The notes below the pieces were generated by a model that worked only from the letters and a program-made list of their open reading frames with translations, made no database searches and was not told the origin of the DNA. A stretch of DNA of 64,000 nt from a virus, in IMG/VR virus record IMGVR_UViG_3300044527_000952, positions 29,058 through 93,057 of that record; one strand, given 5' to 3'. Position numbers and translations under genes: made by a program. Of the stretch, positions 20,556 through 29,226 are shown in pieces (the first letter of the stretch is position 1; each line of letters opens with the position of its first letter).

Positions 20556-20799
20556 CACAGTTGCAGCAGTGTATGAAGTTTTAAAACGATACATTAGTAC
20601 AACCGATATGCGTGATGCTGCGGAAGATGTACTAAATGTATTAATCGATCATGATGTACACCCTGATGAGGTACGTGAAACATTCGCAGGTGAGAAAGAA
20701 ATGGTTACTGCATTGAAAGCTTACCAAGATGATGAAGCAGATTATGACGATGATGAGGACTTCGCTGAAGATGAAGATGATTGGTACGATAATGAGTAG
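20548..20799 (+). CDS. acidic hypothetical protein
   Basis: overlaps uvsX; D/E-rich tail. Confidence 0.6.
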   Translation: MLDTVAAVYEVLKRYISTTDMRDAAEDVLNVLIDHDVHPDEVRETFAGEKEMVTALKAYQDDEADYDDDEDFAEDEDDWYDNE

Positions 20800-20802
20800 G
20801 CC

Positions 20803-21264
20803 ATGGGTTGGTTCAATACAGTAACTCAAAACTTATCCGCACTACCCGAATTTATTGACCATTATCAAGAAGAACTAAACCAAGCCAAACATGAAGTAAG
20901 AATTATTAAAGGTGAACGTGTTGAACGATTGCTCGCCATGCTCCCAGGCATCACCGAGCACCGTTTCAACCAACTACAAGAAATCGAGGCTGTTCTAGAT
21001 TATATGAATGGACAACTTCGTAAAACACGTAGCTTAGCCTTTAAAAAATATCTTGAAAATTATCCACGCCAATTAACATCACGTGATGCTGAACGATATG
21101 CTGATGCTGAGCAAGATGTTATTGACATGGAAACATTGGTCAATGAAGTTGCATTGATGCGTAACCAATGGTTGGGTGTTATGAAAGCATTGGAGAGCAA
21201 GAACTTTATGCTAGGGCACATTGTGCGTTTACGTGTTGCAGGTATGGAGGATATTACGATATAG
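20803..21264 (+). CDS. uvsY: recombination mediator (UvsY-like)
   Basis: helical, YLENY.R.LTSRDAE, C-terminal LRVAGMED; downstream of uvsX. Confidence 0.75.
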   Translation: MGWFNTVTQNLSALPEFIDHYQEELNQAKHEVRIIKGERVERLLAMLPGITEHRFNQLQEIEAVLDYMNGQLRKTRSLAFKKYLENYPRQLTSRDAERYADAEQDVIDMETLVNEVALMRNQWLGVMKALESKNFMLGHIVRLRVAGMEDITI

Positions 21265-21277
21265 CGTAAAAAAACGC

Positions 21278-21306
21278 TTGACAAGATATCCTAATTCACT
21301 TATACT
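21278..21306 (+). promoter_or_regulatory. sigma70 early promoter
   Basis: TTGACA-17 bp (agatatcctaattcact)-TATACT. Confidence 0.8.
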
Positions 21307-21340
21307 TCCCATATAGTCAGTCAACACCAAGGGGAATACG

Positions 21341-21634
21341 ATGAAAATTGCAGTGTACACTCAATACTCCGAAAACTACGGTTCCGCTGAACTTCCCAAA
21401 TGGAAGTCAAAAGGTGGTGCAACCTATCTTATTAACAACCTTACTGTTGCTGACGTTTTCTTTTTCAAAGACGACCTCACACTTTTTACCAACAAATTTA
21501 ACTTTAGCAATGAGTTTGCTGAGGAGTGTGTTGTAAACTTCAACATTCTTGATGATGACGATATGTCATTCTGTAAAGAGTGGGAATTACCATTCTTAAA
21601 ACAGTTTACACGCAGTGACTTTGTTGCTGCTTGA
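21341..21634 (+). CDS. early hypothetical protein
   Basis: TQYSENYG...WKSKGG; own promoter. Confidence 0.65.
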   Translation: MKIAVYTQYSENYGSAELPKWKSKGGATYLINNLTVADVFFFKDDLTLFTNKFNFSNEFAEECVVNFNILDDDDMSFCKEWELPFLKQFTRSDFVAA

Positions 21635-21659
21635 CAGTAACTAAGTTTCAATCTATAAT
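21631..21659 (+). promoter_or_regulatory. sigma70 early promoter
   Basis: TTGACA-17-TATAAT, perfect consensus. Confidence 0.8.
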
Positions 21660-21693
21660 TCCTGTATAGTAAATACTTCAAGAGGAAATAAAA

Positions 21694-22407
21694 ATGTACG
21701 TTAATCGTGAAGCTGAAGAAACGATGATTTTTGTGCGTTCTCGTATTAAGTATTCACAGGGTGTTTTTACCTCAACAGGACAACGTTGGTTTTGGATGGA
21801 ACGTAACAAAGATGCCATTCAACAAGAAGATGGTGTTACACCCTATGGTGTACCCTTCAAAAAAGGTGACCGTGTACTTTCTATTGACCAAGTAGTATCA
21901 TGGGCAAGTTATGGTACACGTAGTCAAATGCCTCTTGTTCATGTTGCAATCGTTGATCGTGTTGGTGTACGTGCGTTTTACAAGTTAGGTGGTAAGGGTA
22001 ACCTACGTGATGGTTGGGGACCTGATCCCAAAAAAACTAAACTATTGTGGGAGCGTCCTGCAAGTGTAGTAGGATTGCCCGAAGAAGAACCAAAAGAAGT
22101 AAAAAAATCTACCAAGGTAGGTAATGTTGGTGATGAAATTATTGTAGAAGGTACTGTCATCAAACATGAAGTTTTATCTACAAATTATGGTACAGTTAAT
22201 AAGTTTATTATTAAAGATACTAGTGAGAACTTGTATATGTACAAGGGTTCTAAGTATTTGACTGAGAAAGGTGGTTTTGTAAAAGTTGAGACCAAAGTAA
22301 AAGATCACTTTGAGATGGGTGAAGGAACAGGTTCTTGGTTGACAATTTTAGGTGGTAAAGGTAAAAATACAATGAACATACTAATTCAAGAAAGTTTTCA
22401 AACATGA
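21694..22407 (+). CDS. early protein with probable C-terminal OB-fold
   Basis: VGNVGDEIIVEGTV...YG...KVKDH pattern. Confidence 0.5.
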   Translation: MYVNREAEETMIFVRSRIKYSQGVFTSTGQRWFWMERNKDAIQQEDGVTPYGVPFKKGDRVLSIDQVVSWASYGTRSQMPLVHVAIVDRVGVRAFYKLGGKGNLRDGWGPDPKKTKLLWERPASVVGLPEEEPKEVKKSTKVGNVGDEIIVEGTVIKHEVLSTNYGTVNKFIIKDTSENLYMYKGSKYLTEKGGFVKVETKVKDHFEMGEGTGSWLTILGGKGKNTMNILIQESFQT

Positions 22408-22546
22408 AATTATTGATTAAAAACAACAAGTTCACACCGCTAGGTCTGTTTTTAGCTCTGTTGGTTGGGTTGTTTTATATCCCAATATGGGCACTATTTC
22501 ATCCTAAAGAATTTTGGGCAGAATGTAAAAAGCCATGGTTTAGATA

Positions 22547-22759
22547 ATGAATAGTCATTTACGCAACATTGCGACCAAAGCAAGTCGTGATATAGACTGT
22601 GCTTATATGGGTGATGCTTATGCTATTGCCCTTACTAAAGCCATTGTAAAGGACTTAACAGATGAACTAGGCAAGGTTAAGTGGATGGGTGATGATGAAG
22701 GATGGGACAAGGCAATTGATGCTGTAAAGAAAGAATTAAAGTCTAGGTACGGGACATAA
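22547..22759 (+). CDS. hypothetical protein
   Basis: 70-aa ORF. Confidence 0.5.
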   Translation: MNSHLRNIATKASRDIDCAYMGDAYAIALTKAIVKDLTDELGKVKWMGDDEGWDKAIDAVKKELKSRYGT

Positions 22760-23040
22760 TATGTTTAATTTAGTTATTAGCTTGTCATGTTTATACTTCG
22801 CCAAAAAAGATTTTGAAGATGGTAATAGCAAACTAGGATGGTTTAGTCTTGTCATATCTGCCTGTAACTTTTCTATTTTTTTAGCAGAATATTTCTAAAT
22901 AACTTTATGAGTAATATTATTTGGGTTATACTAGGTGCGCTATTATGTCTCTTACTTGGAGCTATCATAGGATTTTGGGTTGAAGAATTAACTTATTCGC
23001 CACTTACACGTGGTTTTTATGAATGTAAAGGATGTTGGTA

Positions 23041-23268
23041 ATGAAATTGTTTGATACGTATGAAACTATTGATGCTATGAAACCATGTATGAAGCGACCT
23101 ATTGTTGTACATGCGGTACAAGTTAATGAAGAATTTAGGGTAAATAGTTTAGAAGGTGATTACGCACAAGGTAAAGCAGGTGACTATCTTATGCGTGGTA
23201 TTAACGGTGAATTGTATATTTGCGACCGTGAAGTATTTGAAAAAACATATGATTTTGTAAATGGCTGA
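23041..23268 (+). CDS. PGDYG-like small protein
   Basis: SLEG...AGDYLMRGINGELY.C...FEKTY. Confidence 0.65.
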   Translation: MKLFDTYETIDAMKPCMKRPIVVHAVQVNEEFRVNSLEGDYAQGKAGDYLMRGINGELYICDREVFEKTYDFVNG

Positions 23269-23497
23269 TAAATTAGTTGAATTAATTAAACGTGCGGGAT
23301 TTAGCAGTACTTACGAACAAGTTCGACTTGAACGTTTGATATGGCTAACTGCCTTAGAAATTAGCCCACTATTATCTGCTGAAGATTGGCTAAAAGTAAA
23401 AGAATTGTTGCAGTTACCTGATGATGTACAGCAACGTAAAAACTTTAATTACCTGACAAAATTTAAACAAGAAGATCCTGAAGAATATATGAAGTAG
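23261..23497 (+). CDS. hypothetical protein
   Basis: overlapping ORF. Confidence 0.5.
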   Translation: MADKLVELIKRAGFSSTYEQVRLERLIWLTALEISPLLSAEDWLKVKELLQLPDDVQQRKNFNYLTKFKQEDPEEYMK

Positions 23498-23512
23498 TTG
23501 TAAAAATACAAC

Positions 23513-23541
23513 TTGACAGTATATCCAATTTTTACTATAAT
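23513..23541 (+). promoter_or_regulatory. sigma70 early promoter
   Basis: TTGACA-17-TATAAT. Confidence 0.8.
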
Positions 23542-23570
23542 TTCTCTATAGTCAGATATAGGAGATTGAC

Positions 23571-23930
23571 ATGCCACTAGTTCAATATATGGATCACACC
23601 CACCCTGATGCATTCGTAGATTTCGAAAAGCTTGAACCAATGGTTAATACAGGTTATACCAAACCATGTCCTGTATGCCAATGTTACGGTGGTTGGAATC
23701 TTAAACTCAATGCATATCCTTTACACAATTATCCTAATACTGCTGAAAATCGTCATCGTTATTCACACTTCCGTTCAAACTGCTCACATTGTAACGGGTA
23801 TGGTTATACGTTACCTACTGAAACTTGCAGTGGTCATGAGTGGGAGCGCAAGCAAAACCTAGGTCGATGCTACACTTTATACGTGTGTAAAAAATGCAAC
23901 AAGAATATGGAAGTTGATTCTAGCGATTGA
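23571..23930 (+). CDS. Cys-rich zinc-finger protein (DnaJ-type CxxCxGxG)
   Basis: CPVCQCYG, CSHCNGYG, CKKC. Confidence 0.65.
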   Translation: MPLVQYMDHTHPDAFVDFEKLEPMVNTGYTKPCPVCQCYGGWNLKLNAYPLHNYPNTAENRHRYSHFRSNCSHCNGYGYTLPTETCSGHEWERKQNLGRCYTLYVCKKCNKNMEVDSSD

Positions 23931-23955
23931 CAACATATCCTAATTCATATACAAT
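23927..23955 (+). promoter_or_regulatory. sigma70 early promoter
   Basis: TTGACA-acatatcctaattcata-TACAAT. Confidence 0.75.
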
Positions 23956-23987
23956 ACATATATTGATTGATCTTTTGGAGAGTAGAA

Positions 23988-24296
23988 ATGGCAATAACGC
24001 CCCTGACAGAACGCCAAAAATCCTTGATTGTTAACAATGTTGTAGCAGCATGTAAAGACATTAAAAAATTAAATAAAACGGGATATAATTTCTTGTATCT
24101 TTGCAGTGGGTTTATCGCTCACTATAATTTAGGTGGATTTATTTCTGCTTATGATTATCCTAACGCTTTAGTGCGTAATATTATGTCTAATGTACGGGTC
24201 AATCAATGGAATAATTTTTCTCCCTCTGATCCTGATTATGCATACATGATGTCAAAAAAAGACGTTTACAATAGAATTGTTGCAAAAATATCCTAA
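23988..24296 (+). CDS. early hypothetical protein
   Basis: GGAG RBS; GFIAHYNL motif. Confidence 0.6.
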   Translation: MAITPLTERQKSLIVNNVVAACKDIKKLNKTGYNFLYLCSGFIAHYNLGGFISAYDYPNALVRNIMSNVRVNQWNNFSPSDPDYAYMMSKKDVYNRIVAKIS

Positions 24297-24344
24297 CTGA
24301 TGTACAATAGTTTTTGTGGTGATTAATTCTTAACGGAGATTGAA

Positions 24345-24641
24345 ATGAGTAAAGCCCTAGTAAACAAACTTGCCAAGATTCGTGCTGAAATTGCTCTCTT
24401 GAAAGTAGCAGAAAAGAAGGTTGAAACTGCGTTGATTACTGCTGCCAATTTCGATAGCATGACGTTTTTCGGTACTGCTACGGTTGCCACGGTAGTTCCC
24501 CAACACGAACGTGCTAGTGTTAAATATGAAGCTATGGTGCGTGATGTACTTGGTGATGCCAAAGTAGACTCGCTTGCTGAAGCATATACCAAAATTAGCA
24601 AAGTTAGTGCTGCTGTAAAATTGTCAACCTTAGTTAAGTAA
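24345..24641 (+). CDS. early hypothetical protein
   Basis: promoter TTGCAA-17-TACAAT at 24280-24308; GGAG RBS. Confidence 0.6.
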   Translation: MSKALVNKLAKIRAEIALLKVAEKKVETALITAANFDSMTFFGTATVATVVPQHERASVKYEAMVRDVLGDAKVDSLAEAYTKISKVSAAVKLSTLVK

Positions 24642-24648
24642 GGTACAT

Positions 24649-24915
24649 ATGAAAGTTCAATCAGTAGGTTCAGCAGATTCAAGTGGAGCACGTAACGTGA
24701 TGATGGAGTTATGGCGTATGACCATGACTCAACGTGTTCAACATGATTTACAACAACGAGTATCAGGTAGAAAAAGTGAGCCTGAACCACGTAAAGTTGA
24801 ACCTGCAGTAAAGATAGAAATTAGTGATAGCGCACGTTATATTTTAGCTACACAAGCTGCTGAGAAGCATAAATTGGAACAAAAAAATGAACGAACGAAT
24901 TCGAGAACTTGCTGA
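24649..24915 (+). CDS. hypothetical protein
   Basis: 88-aa ORF. Confidence 0.45.
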   Translation: MKVQSVGSADSSGARNVMMELWRMTMTQRVQHDLQQRVSGRKSEPEPRKVEPAVKIEISDSARYILATQAAEKHKLEQKNERTNSRTC

Positions 24916-25102
24916 ACAGGCTGGTGATATTATTTCAGAATTCCATTTTGGAGATTATAATATTCCGAATGAGTTTATTGAAAAGTTCGCCGAGTTGATT
25001 GTTAGAGAATGTGCTAACATAGCATTTGAGGAATGGCAACATAACGGTGGTAGTGCTTCGGGCGAATCTGCTATATTAAAATATTTTGGAGTTGAAGAAT
25101 GA
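24887..25102 (+). CDS. MNERI-family small protein, copy 1
   Basis: MNERIRELAEQA...EKFAELIVREC...FGVEE. Confidence 0.7.
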   Translation: MNERIRELAEQAGDIISEFHFGDYNIPNEFIEKFAELIVRECANIAFEEWQHNGGSASGESAILKYFGVEE

Positions 25103-25263
25103 GAAAATTCACTGAAGTATTGGAAGAGTATTTGGACGAGCGTGAACGTCAGAGTAATGATTATTATGATAATCGCTATATTAAATCAAAAATGGAGGGT
25201 TGGTATCGTATGAATGACTTGGCAAAAGAATTGGACGAAATGGTTCAAGGAATTAAAGAATGA
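25099..25263 (+). CDS. 54-aa hypothetical protein (not in ORF track)
   Basis: MRKFTEVLEEYL...QGIKE; ATGA overlaps at both ends. Confidence 0.55.
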   Translation: MRKFTEVLEEYLDERERQSNDYYDNRYIKSKMEGWYRMNDLAKELDEMVQGIKE

Positions 25264-25616
25264 ACGAACGAATTCGAGAACTTGCTGAACAGGCATCACA
25301 TCAAAGTCCCGATGGGTATCCCGTGACCATTCCATATAGTAAAGACTTTGCAGAAAAGTTCGCCGAGTTGATTGTACGGGAATGTGCTGAAATTTCAGAA
25401 CAAAGTCAATGGAGTGAAGCCAAGGGAGAATATTATGAAGGCTTTAATGAGGCTATGATTTATGTTTCCAATAAGATTAAAGAACATTTCGGAGTTGAAG
25501 AATCTCTTGGTTGGGTATGTTCTAAGTGTGGCACTGATCGCACCAAGGCTGTTTGCCCACTAGGTAACAGTGCCGCAATTGATGGTCGATGCCCTATGGT
25601 ATTGACTACCAAATAA
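25260..25616 (+). CDS. MNERI-family small protein, copy 2, with C-terminal Zn-ribbon
   Basis: same three blocks plus WVCSKCG...CP...C. Confidence 0.7.
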   Translation: MNERIRELAEQASHQSPDGYPVTIPYSKDFAEKFAELIVRECAEISEQSQWSEAKGEYYEGFNEAMIYVSNKIKEHFGVEESLGWVCSKCGTDRTKAVCPLGNSAAIDGRCPMVLTTK

Positions 25617-25629
25617 CTAAGGAACAATT

Positions 25630-25833
25630 ATGAGTTGTAAAATAATTACAGCAGAAATTAAGATGGGCGAAGATCGCTATACTATTGTGCATGGCAAGAC
25701 TATTGAAGAAGTTATTGACAAAATTCATGAATATCATACGTTCTCGGAGTTTTTAAAACAGCATTTTACCAAGAAGGGTACATTATCAAAAGAACTTAAA
25801 TCAGGTTGGTATCTTAAAAACGCAGCTAAGTAA
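25630..25833 (+). CDS. hypothetical protein
   Basis: AAGGA RBS. Confidence 0.5.
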   Translation: MSCKIITAEIKMGEDRYTIVHGKTIEEVIDKIHEYHTFSEFLKQHFTKKGTLSKELKSGWYLKNAAK

Positions 25834-25901
25834 CCCTACAGGTTGACAGGGTATTCGAACGGTAGTATACTATGGTTATAGTGAACAACAAGGAGCAGAC
25901 G

Positions 25902-26093
25902 ATGAGCATTTTCAAGAAGATCAAAGAGTTTTTCAATGAACCAGATCAAATGGAGTTGATTGAAGAGCGATTCTACAAGAAGTTGGAAGACATGAAGGCT
26001 CACCCTGAAAAGTATCAACACATTCTGAACAAGAACTCTGCCCAATCTAAGATTCCTCCAGTGTCTCTGTTTTGTTTTAACCCTACAGGTTGA
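25902..26093 (+). CDS. hypothetical protein
   Basis: AAGGAG RBS after promoter. Confidence 0.55.
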   Translation: MSIFKKIKEFFNEPDQMELIEERFYKKLEDMKAHPEKYQHILNKNSAQSKIPPVSLFCFNPTG

Positions 26094-26147
26094 CGGGTCT
26101 TTGGACTAGTGCTATACTGTGCTTACAGTAAACAAAAGGAGCAGCAA

Positions 26148-26354
26148 ATGAACGAACGAATTAAAGAACTATTAACTCAATCTGGTCTACAGCCATACTA
26201 CGATGCTCAACAAGGGCAGATTGAAAAGTTTGCCGAGTTGATTGTTAGGGAATGTATTGTAGATTTTTACAGAAATTGCCTAGACACCTCCAGCAACGAA
26301 GATATTACAGTCCAAGTTGATAGATATGTAAAAGAACATTTCGGAGTTGAATAA
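26148..26354 (+). CDS. MNERI-family small protein, copy 3
   Basis: MNERIKELL...EKFAELIVREC...KEHFGVE. Confidence 0.7.
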   Translation: MNERIKELLTQSGLQPYYDAQQGQIEKFAELIVRECIVDFYRNCLDTSSNEDITVQVDRYVKEHFGVE

Positions 26355-26423
26355 CCCTACAGGTTGACAGGTCTTTTGAACTCTGTTATACTATGTTCTG
26401 TAGTGATTGATAAGGAACTTGAG

Positions 26424-26603
26424 ATGAAATTTGTTAAATGCTATGCTTGTGATGGTCGCCATGATATAAACTTCATCAAAATTCTTGAAACCAAAGAAAT
26501 TAAATATAGTGGTACCTCAGTTAAATTTAAATGCCCTGATGACAACAGTGAGCAAATAAACAACTCATTTGTCTTTGAGGTTAAAGAACCAAAAACTGCT
26601 TGA
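26424..26603 (+). CDS. small Cys-containing protein
   Basis: CYAC...CP; RBS AAGGA. Confidence 0.5.
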   Translation: MKFVKCYACDGRHDINFIKILETKEIKYSGTSVKFKCPDDNSEQINNSFVFEVKEPKTA

Positions 26604-26628
26604 CAACATATCCTAATTTTGCTATACT
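26600..26628 (+). promoter_or_regulatory. sigma70 early promoter
   Basis: TTGACA-acatatcctaattttgc-TATACT. Confidence 0.8.
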
Positions 26629-26658
26629 TGTTTCTGTTAGATAACTAGTGAGGAATAT

Positions 26659-26985
26659 ATGAACGACACTCAAATTCATGATGTAATTAACAGTGCTTTC
26701 CAAGCTGCTCGCACCGCTACTAAGGAATATCTTGCCACACATGGTGATGCGGATGCATGTGGGTTTGCATGGGTAAGTATTCGCCCTGCTACAAAAAAAG
26801 TAGCAAAAATTCTTAAAAATTATGGTGCTGACACATCATTTGAAGGTGGGTTGAAATTGTGGAACCCAAGTTATTCCCCTGTGCAATCAATTTCTGCAAA
26901 GGAAGAAGGTGCGTACGCATTTGTTAATGTGATGCGTGAAGCGTTCCCTGATGTTACTTTTACTGTTGGTAGTCGGATGGATTAA
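26659..26985 (+). CDS. conserved phage protein (DACGFAWV motif)
   Basis: DACGFAWV...QS...KE.GA.AF...SRMD. Confidence 0.65.
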   Translation: MNDTQIHDVINSAFQAARTATKEYLATHGDADACGFAWVSIRPATKKVAKILKNYGADTSFEGGLKLWNPSYSPVQSISAKEEGAYAFVNVMREAFPDVTFTVGSRMD

Positions 26986-26990
26986 AGGAG

Positions 26991-27218
26991 ATGACAATGT
27001 ATACTGAATTAACTGTACAATATACTCGCCATGGTGGTGCTTATGATCGTGGTAACGCAGATGCATACTATGGTCGTGTATTTGACCCACATTACTTCAT
27101 TGGTGCAACATATAGCACTGAACGTGTAGTTGCCCTACAAGGTACACCTGAGTATGATGCATACAAACGTGGGTTTGAGGAGTGCACAGATTTTAAAGAT
27201 TGGGGTGGAGATGAATAG
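26991..27218 (+). CDS. conserved phage protein (HGGAYDRG.AD.YY)
   Basis: AGGAG RBS; motif. Confidence 0.6.
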   Translation: MTMYTELTVQYTRHGGAYDRGNADAYYGRVFDPHYFIGATYSTERVVALQGTPEYDAYKRGFEECTDFKDWGGDE

Positions 27219-27420
27219 ACGTTTACTTAAAATAGCCACTGAACATAAGATTTTACCTCATGATTATATCGTAGGATCAGATCTACCATTAGAAAATACA
27301 ATTGAAAAAATTGGATTGGCAGTGGCAAATGATTGCATGCTTAATGCTTGGTGGACTGAAGGATACAAAGATCCTGAAAAAACCATATCTAACAAACTTA
27401 AACAATTATACAATTTATGA
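27211..27420 (+). CDS. hypothetical protein
   Basis: GGAG RBS, overlap. Confidence 0.5.
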   Translation: MNRRLLKIATEHKILPHDYIVGSDLPLENTIEKIGLAVANDCMLNAWWTEGYKDPEKTISNKLKQLYNL

Positions 27421-27629
27421 ACGAAGAAATGATAGAAAAGATAACATTAAATTATACTGACTTACAAAAATTGATGGATACACTAAAAGAGTTTGAAGTC
27501 AACCATTTTAGTATTATCAAAACAGGTGGTAGTGGTATTGGGTATGAAGTAGACTTAGAATTTCATCAACAATTTAAAGGTAGAATGGCAACAATTCGTA
27601 TCCCAATTACAACAACTGATGAGTGGTAA
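27417..27629 (+). CDS. hypothetical protein
   Basis: ATGA overlap; SGIG motif. Confidence 0.55.
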   Translation: MNEEMIEKITLNYTDLQKLMDTLKEFEVNHFSIIKTGGSGIGYEVDLEFHQQFKGRMATIRIPITTTDEW

Positions 27630-27637
27630 AAAACTGC

Positions 27638-27666
27638 TTGACAGTATATCCACATTGTGGCATAAT
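27638..27666 (+). promoter_or_regulatory. sigma70 early promoter
   Basis: TTGACA-17-CATAAT. Confidence 0.7.
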
Positions 27667-27705
27667 TATTTCTGTAGTGATTGATAACCAACTAGGAGAT
27701 GCCAA

Positions 27706-28098
27706 ATGGCTTACGTTTCCCAAGAAAAGAAGCAAAACCTCGCAGTTGCCATCAAAACCGTTCTTAAGAAATACGGTGTAAAAGCCACGTTAGGTGTGCA
27801 TTATCACAGCACGTTAGTTCTTAATATTAAGTCTAGTAAGATTGACTTTCTAGGTAACTTTAACGAAACATGCAAGCAAAGTCTAAAAGCTGACCGTGAT
27901 TACCTTGACGTAAACCCTTATTGGTTCCAAGAACACTTTAGCGGTGTTGCAAAAGAGTTTCTTACTGAAGTAACACAAGCGATGTACGGTCCTGATTACT
28001 ACGATGAAAGCGATGCCCAAATTGATTACTTCAATTGCTCGCACTATATTCGGGTAAATATCGGTAAGTGGAACAAACCCTATGTTCTAGAGCAGTAA
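27706..28098 (+). CDS. conserved early phage protein
   Basis: MAYVSQEKK...YDESDAQIDYF...IGKWNKPY. Confidence 0.65.
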   Translation: MAYVSQEKKQNLAVAIKTVLKKYGVKATLGVHYHSTLVLNIKSSKIDFLGNFNETCKQSLKADRDYLDVNPYWFQEHFSGVAKEFLTEVTQAMYGPDYYDESDAQIDYFNCSHYIRVNIGKWNKPYVLEQ

Positions 28099-28153
28099 AT
28101 ACAAATTTTAACCACCATGGGGCGTAATGCCCCTATAATTTTATGAGGATATT

Positions 28154-28369
28154 ATGGAAGAAAATACAACATCAAATGCATTGCCACCTTTTGTTAGCAG
28201 ATTTATTCGTGATGAAGAAGGTAAGTTAAATATTGATCCTGAGTGCAAAATTCTAGCTGAGAAACATTATTGGAAAGATCGCCCTGCTTATAGTAAAGAT
28301 GATCGTAGGGTGATGATTGGTCGCTATGATGAAAACGGTAATTTAATCCCATTTAAAAATACACGATAA
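28154..28369 (+). CDS. hypothetical protein
   Basis: GAGG RBS. Confidence 0.5.
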   Translation: MEENTTSNALPPFVSRFIRDEEGKLNIDPECKILAEKHYWKDRPAYSKDDRRVMIGRYDENGNLIPFKNTR

Positions 28370-28371
28370 TC

Positions 28372-28722
28372 ATGGCAGGATATAATTTAATCCAAGAAAT
28401 ACGTAGGCTTGAAGAAGATTGTGAGCGTCTTGGTCTAATGATGTGTCACGCACAGCATTTTTATAATGAATTTGGTGATGTAGTTGCAGTAAAACCAAAA
28501 GATGATGAAGCATTACCTTTGTATTCACGTGATGCTGAAGTTTTTATTGGAACCATAAAAGATTTACAAATGTGGTTACGTGGTATAGAATGGGCACGTG
28601 GTTATGATGGTATGATATTTGGTAAAAACCATGATAAAAACCGCACAAATAAAGAAGAAAAGTATCGTGCAGGTCAAACATTTAAACGATTAGTAGAAGG
28701 AAAAGAAAGTGATAAACCTTGA
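28372..28722 (+). CDS. hypothetical protein
   Basis: LPLYSRDA...GIEWARGYD. Confidence 0.6.
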   Translation: MAGYNLIQEIRRLEEDCERLGLMMCHAQHFYNEFGDVVAVKPKDDEALPLYSRDAEVFIGTIKDLQMWLRGIEWARGYDGMIFGKNHDKNRTNKEEKYRAGQTFKRLVEGKESDKP

Positions 28723-29224
28723 AGATTACATGAAAGCAATTAATTACAGAATATCTGAGGGTACAGAATACCTTTGGAAATGTTTTGGTGACAACCCATT
28801 TACCCTATCATATTGGGATAATGATCATGATGGAGTAAGTGCTGATATTACTTTTGACACACAAACACAAGAGGTATATTACGCCACTGTACATGATTAC
28901 GCAAAAAGACGGTCATATCGTTTGATCAATCCTGATTACGTTGAAGCATATCGTCAAGAATGTAAAGATAAAAATGTAGTTGAGAATAATGCTTATGATG
29001 AAGTTAATTATGTTACGTTAGAAACTGATGAGGACTTTATTGAAAAACTTACTGCTATTGTAAATAAACAACCATACAATACCAAAGTGCAAGTACCACT
29101 TGAATTAGATAAAGAAGAAATGTATAATCTAATGAGTTTAGCCCATGAGCGTGACATAACGCTAAACCAACTAGTGGAAAACATGTTATGGGAAGCTATC
29201 AACAACCACAAAACTAAGGTGTAA
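28709..29224 (+). CDS. phage protein with C-terminal ribbon-helix-helix-like motif
   Basis: AHERDITLNQLVE. Confidence 0.55.
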   Translation: MINLEDYMKAINYRISEGTEYLWKCFGDNPFTLSYWDNDHDGVSADITFDTQTQEVYYATVHDYAKRRSYRLINPDYVEAYRQECKDKNVVENNAYDEVNYVTLETDEDFIEKLTAIVNKQPYNTKVQVPLELDKEEMYNLMSLAHERDITLNQLVENMLWEAINNHKTKV

Positions 29225-29226
29225 TT

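Larger units (their letters stand above)
25831..26392 (+). repeat. three copies of TAACCCTACAGGTTGAC fused to sigma70 promoters
   Basis: copies at 25831, 26078, 26352; each TTGAC(A/G)-17-TATACT. Confidence 0.85.
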
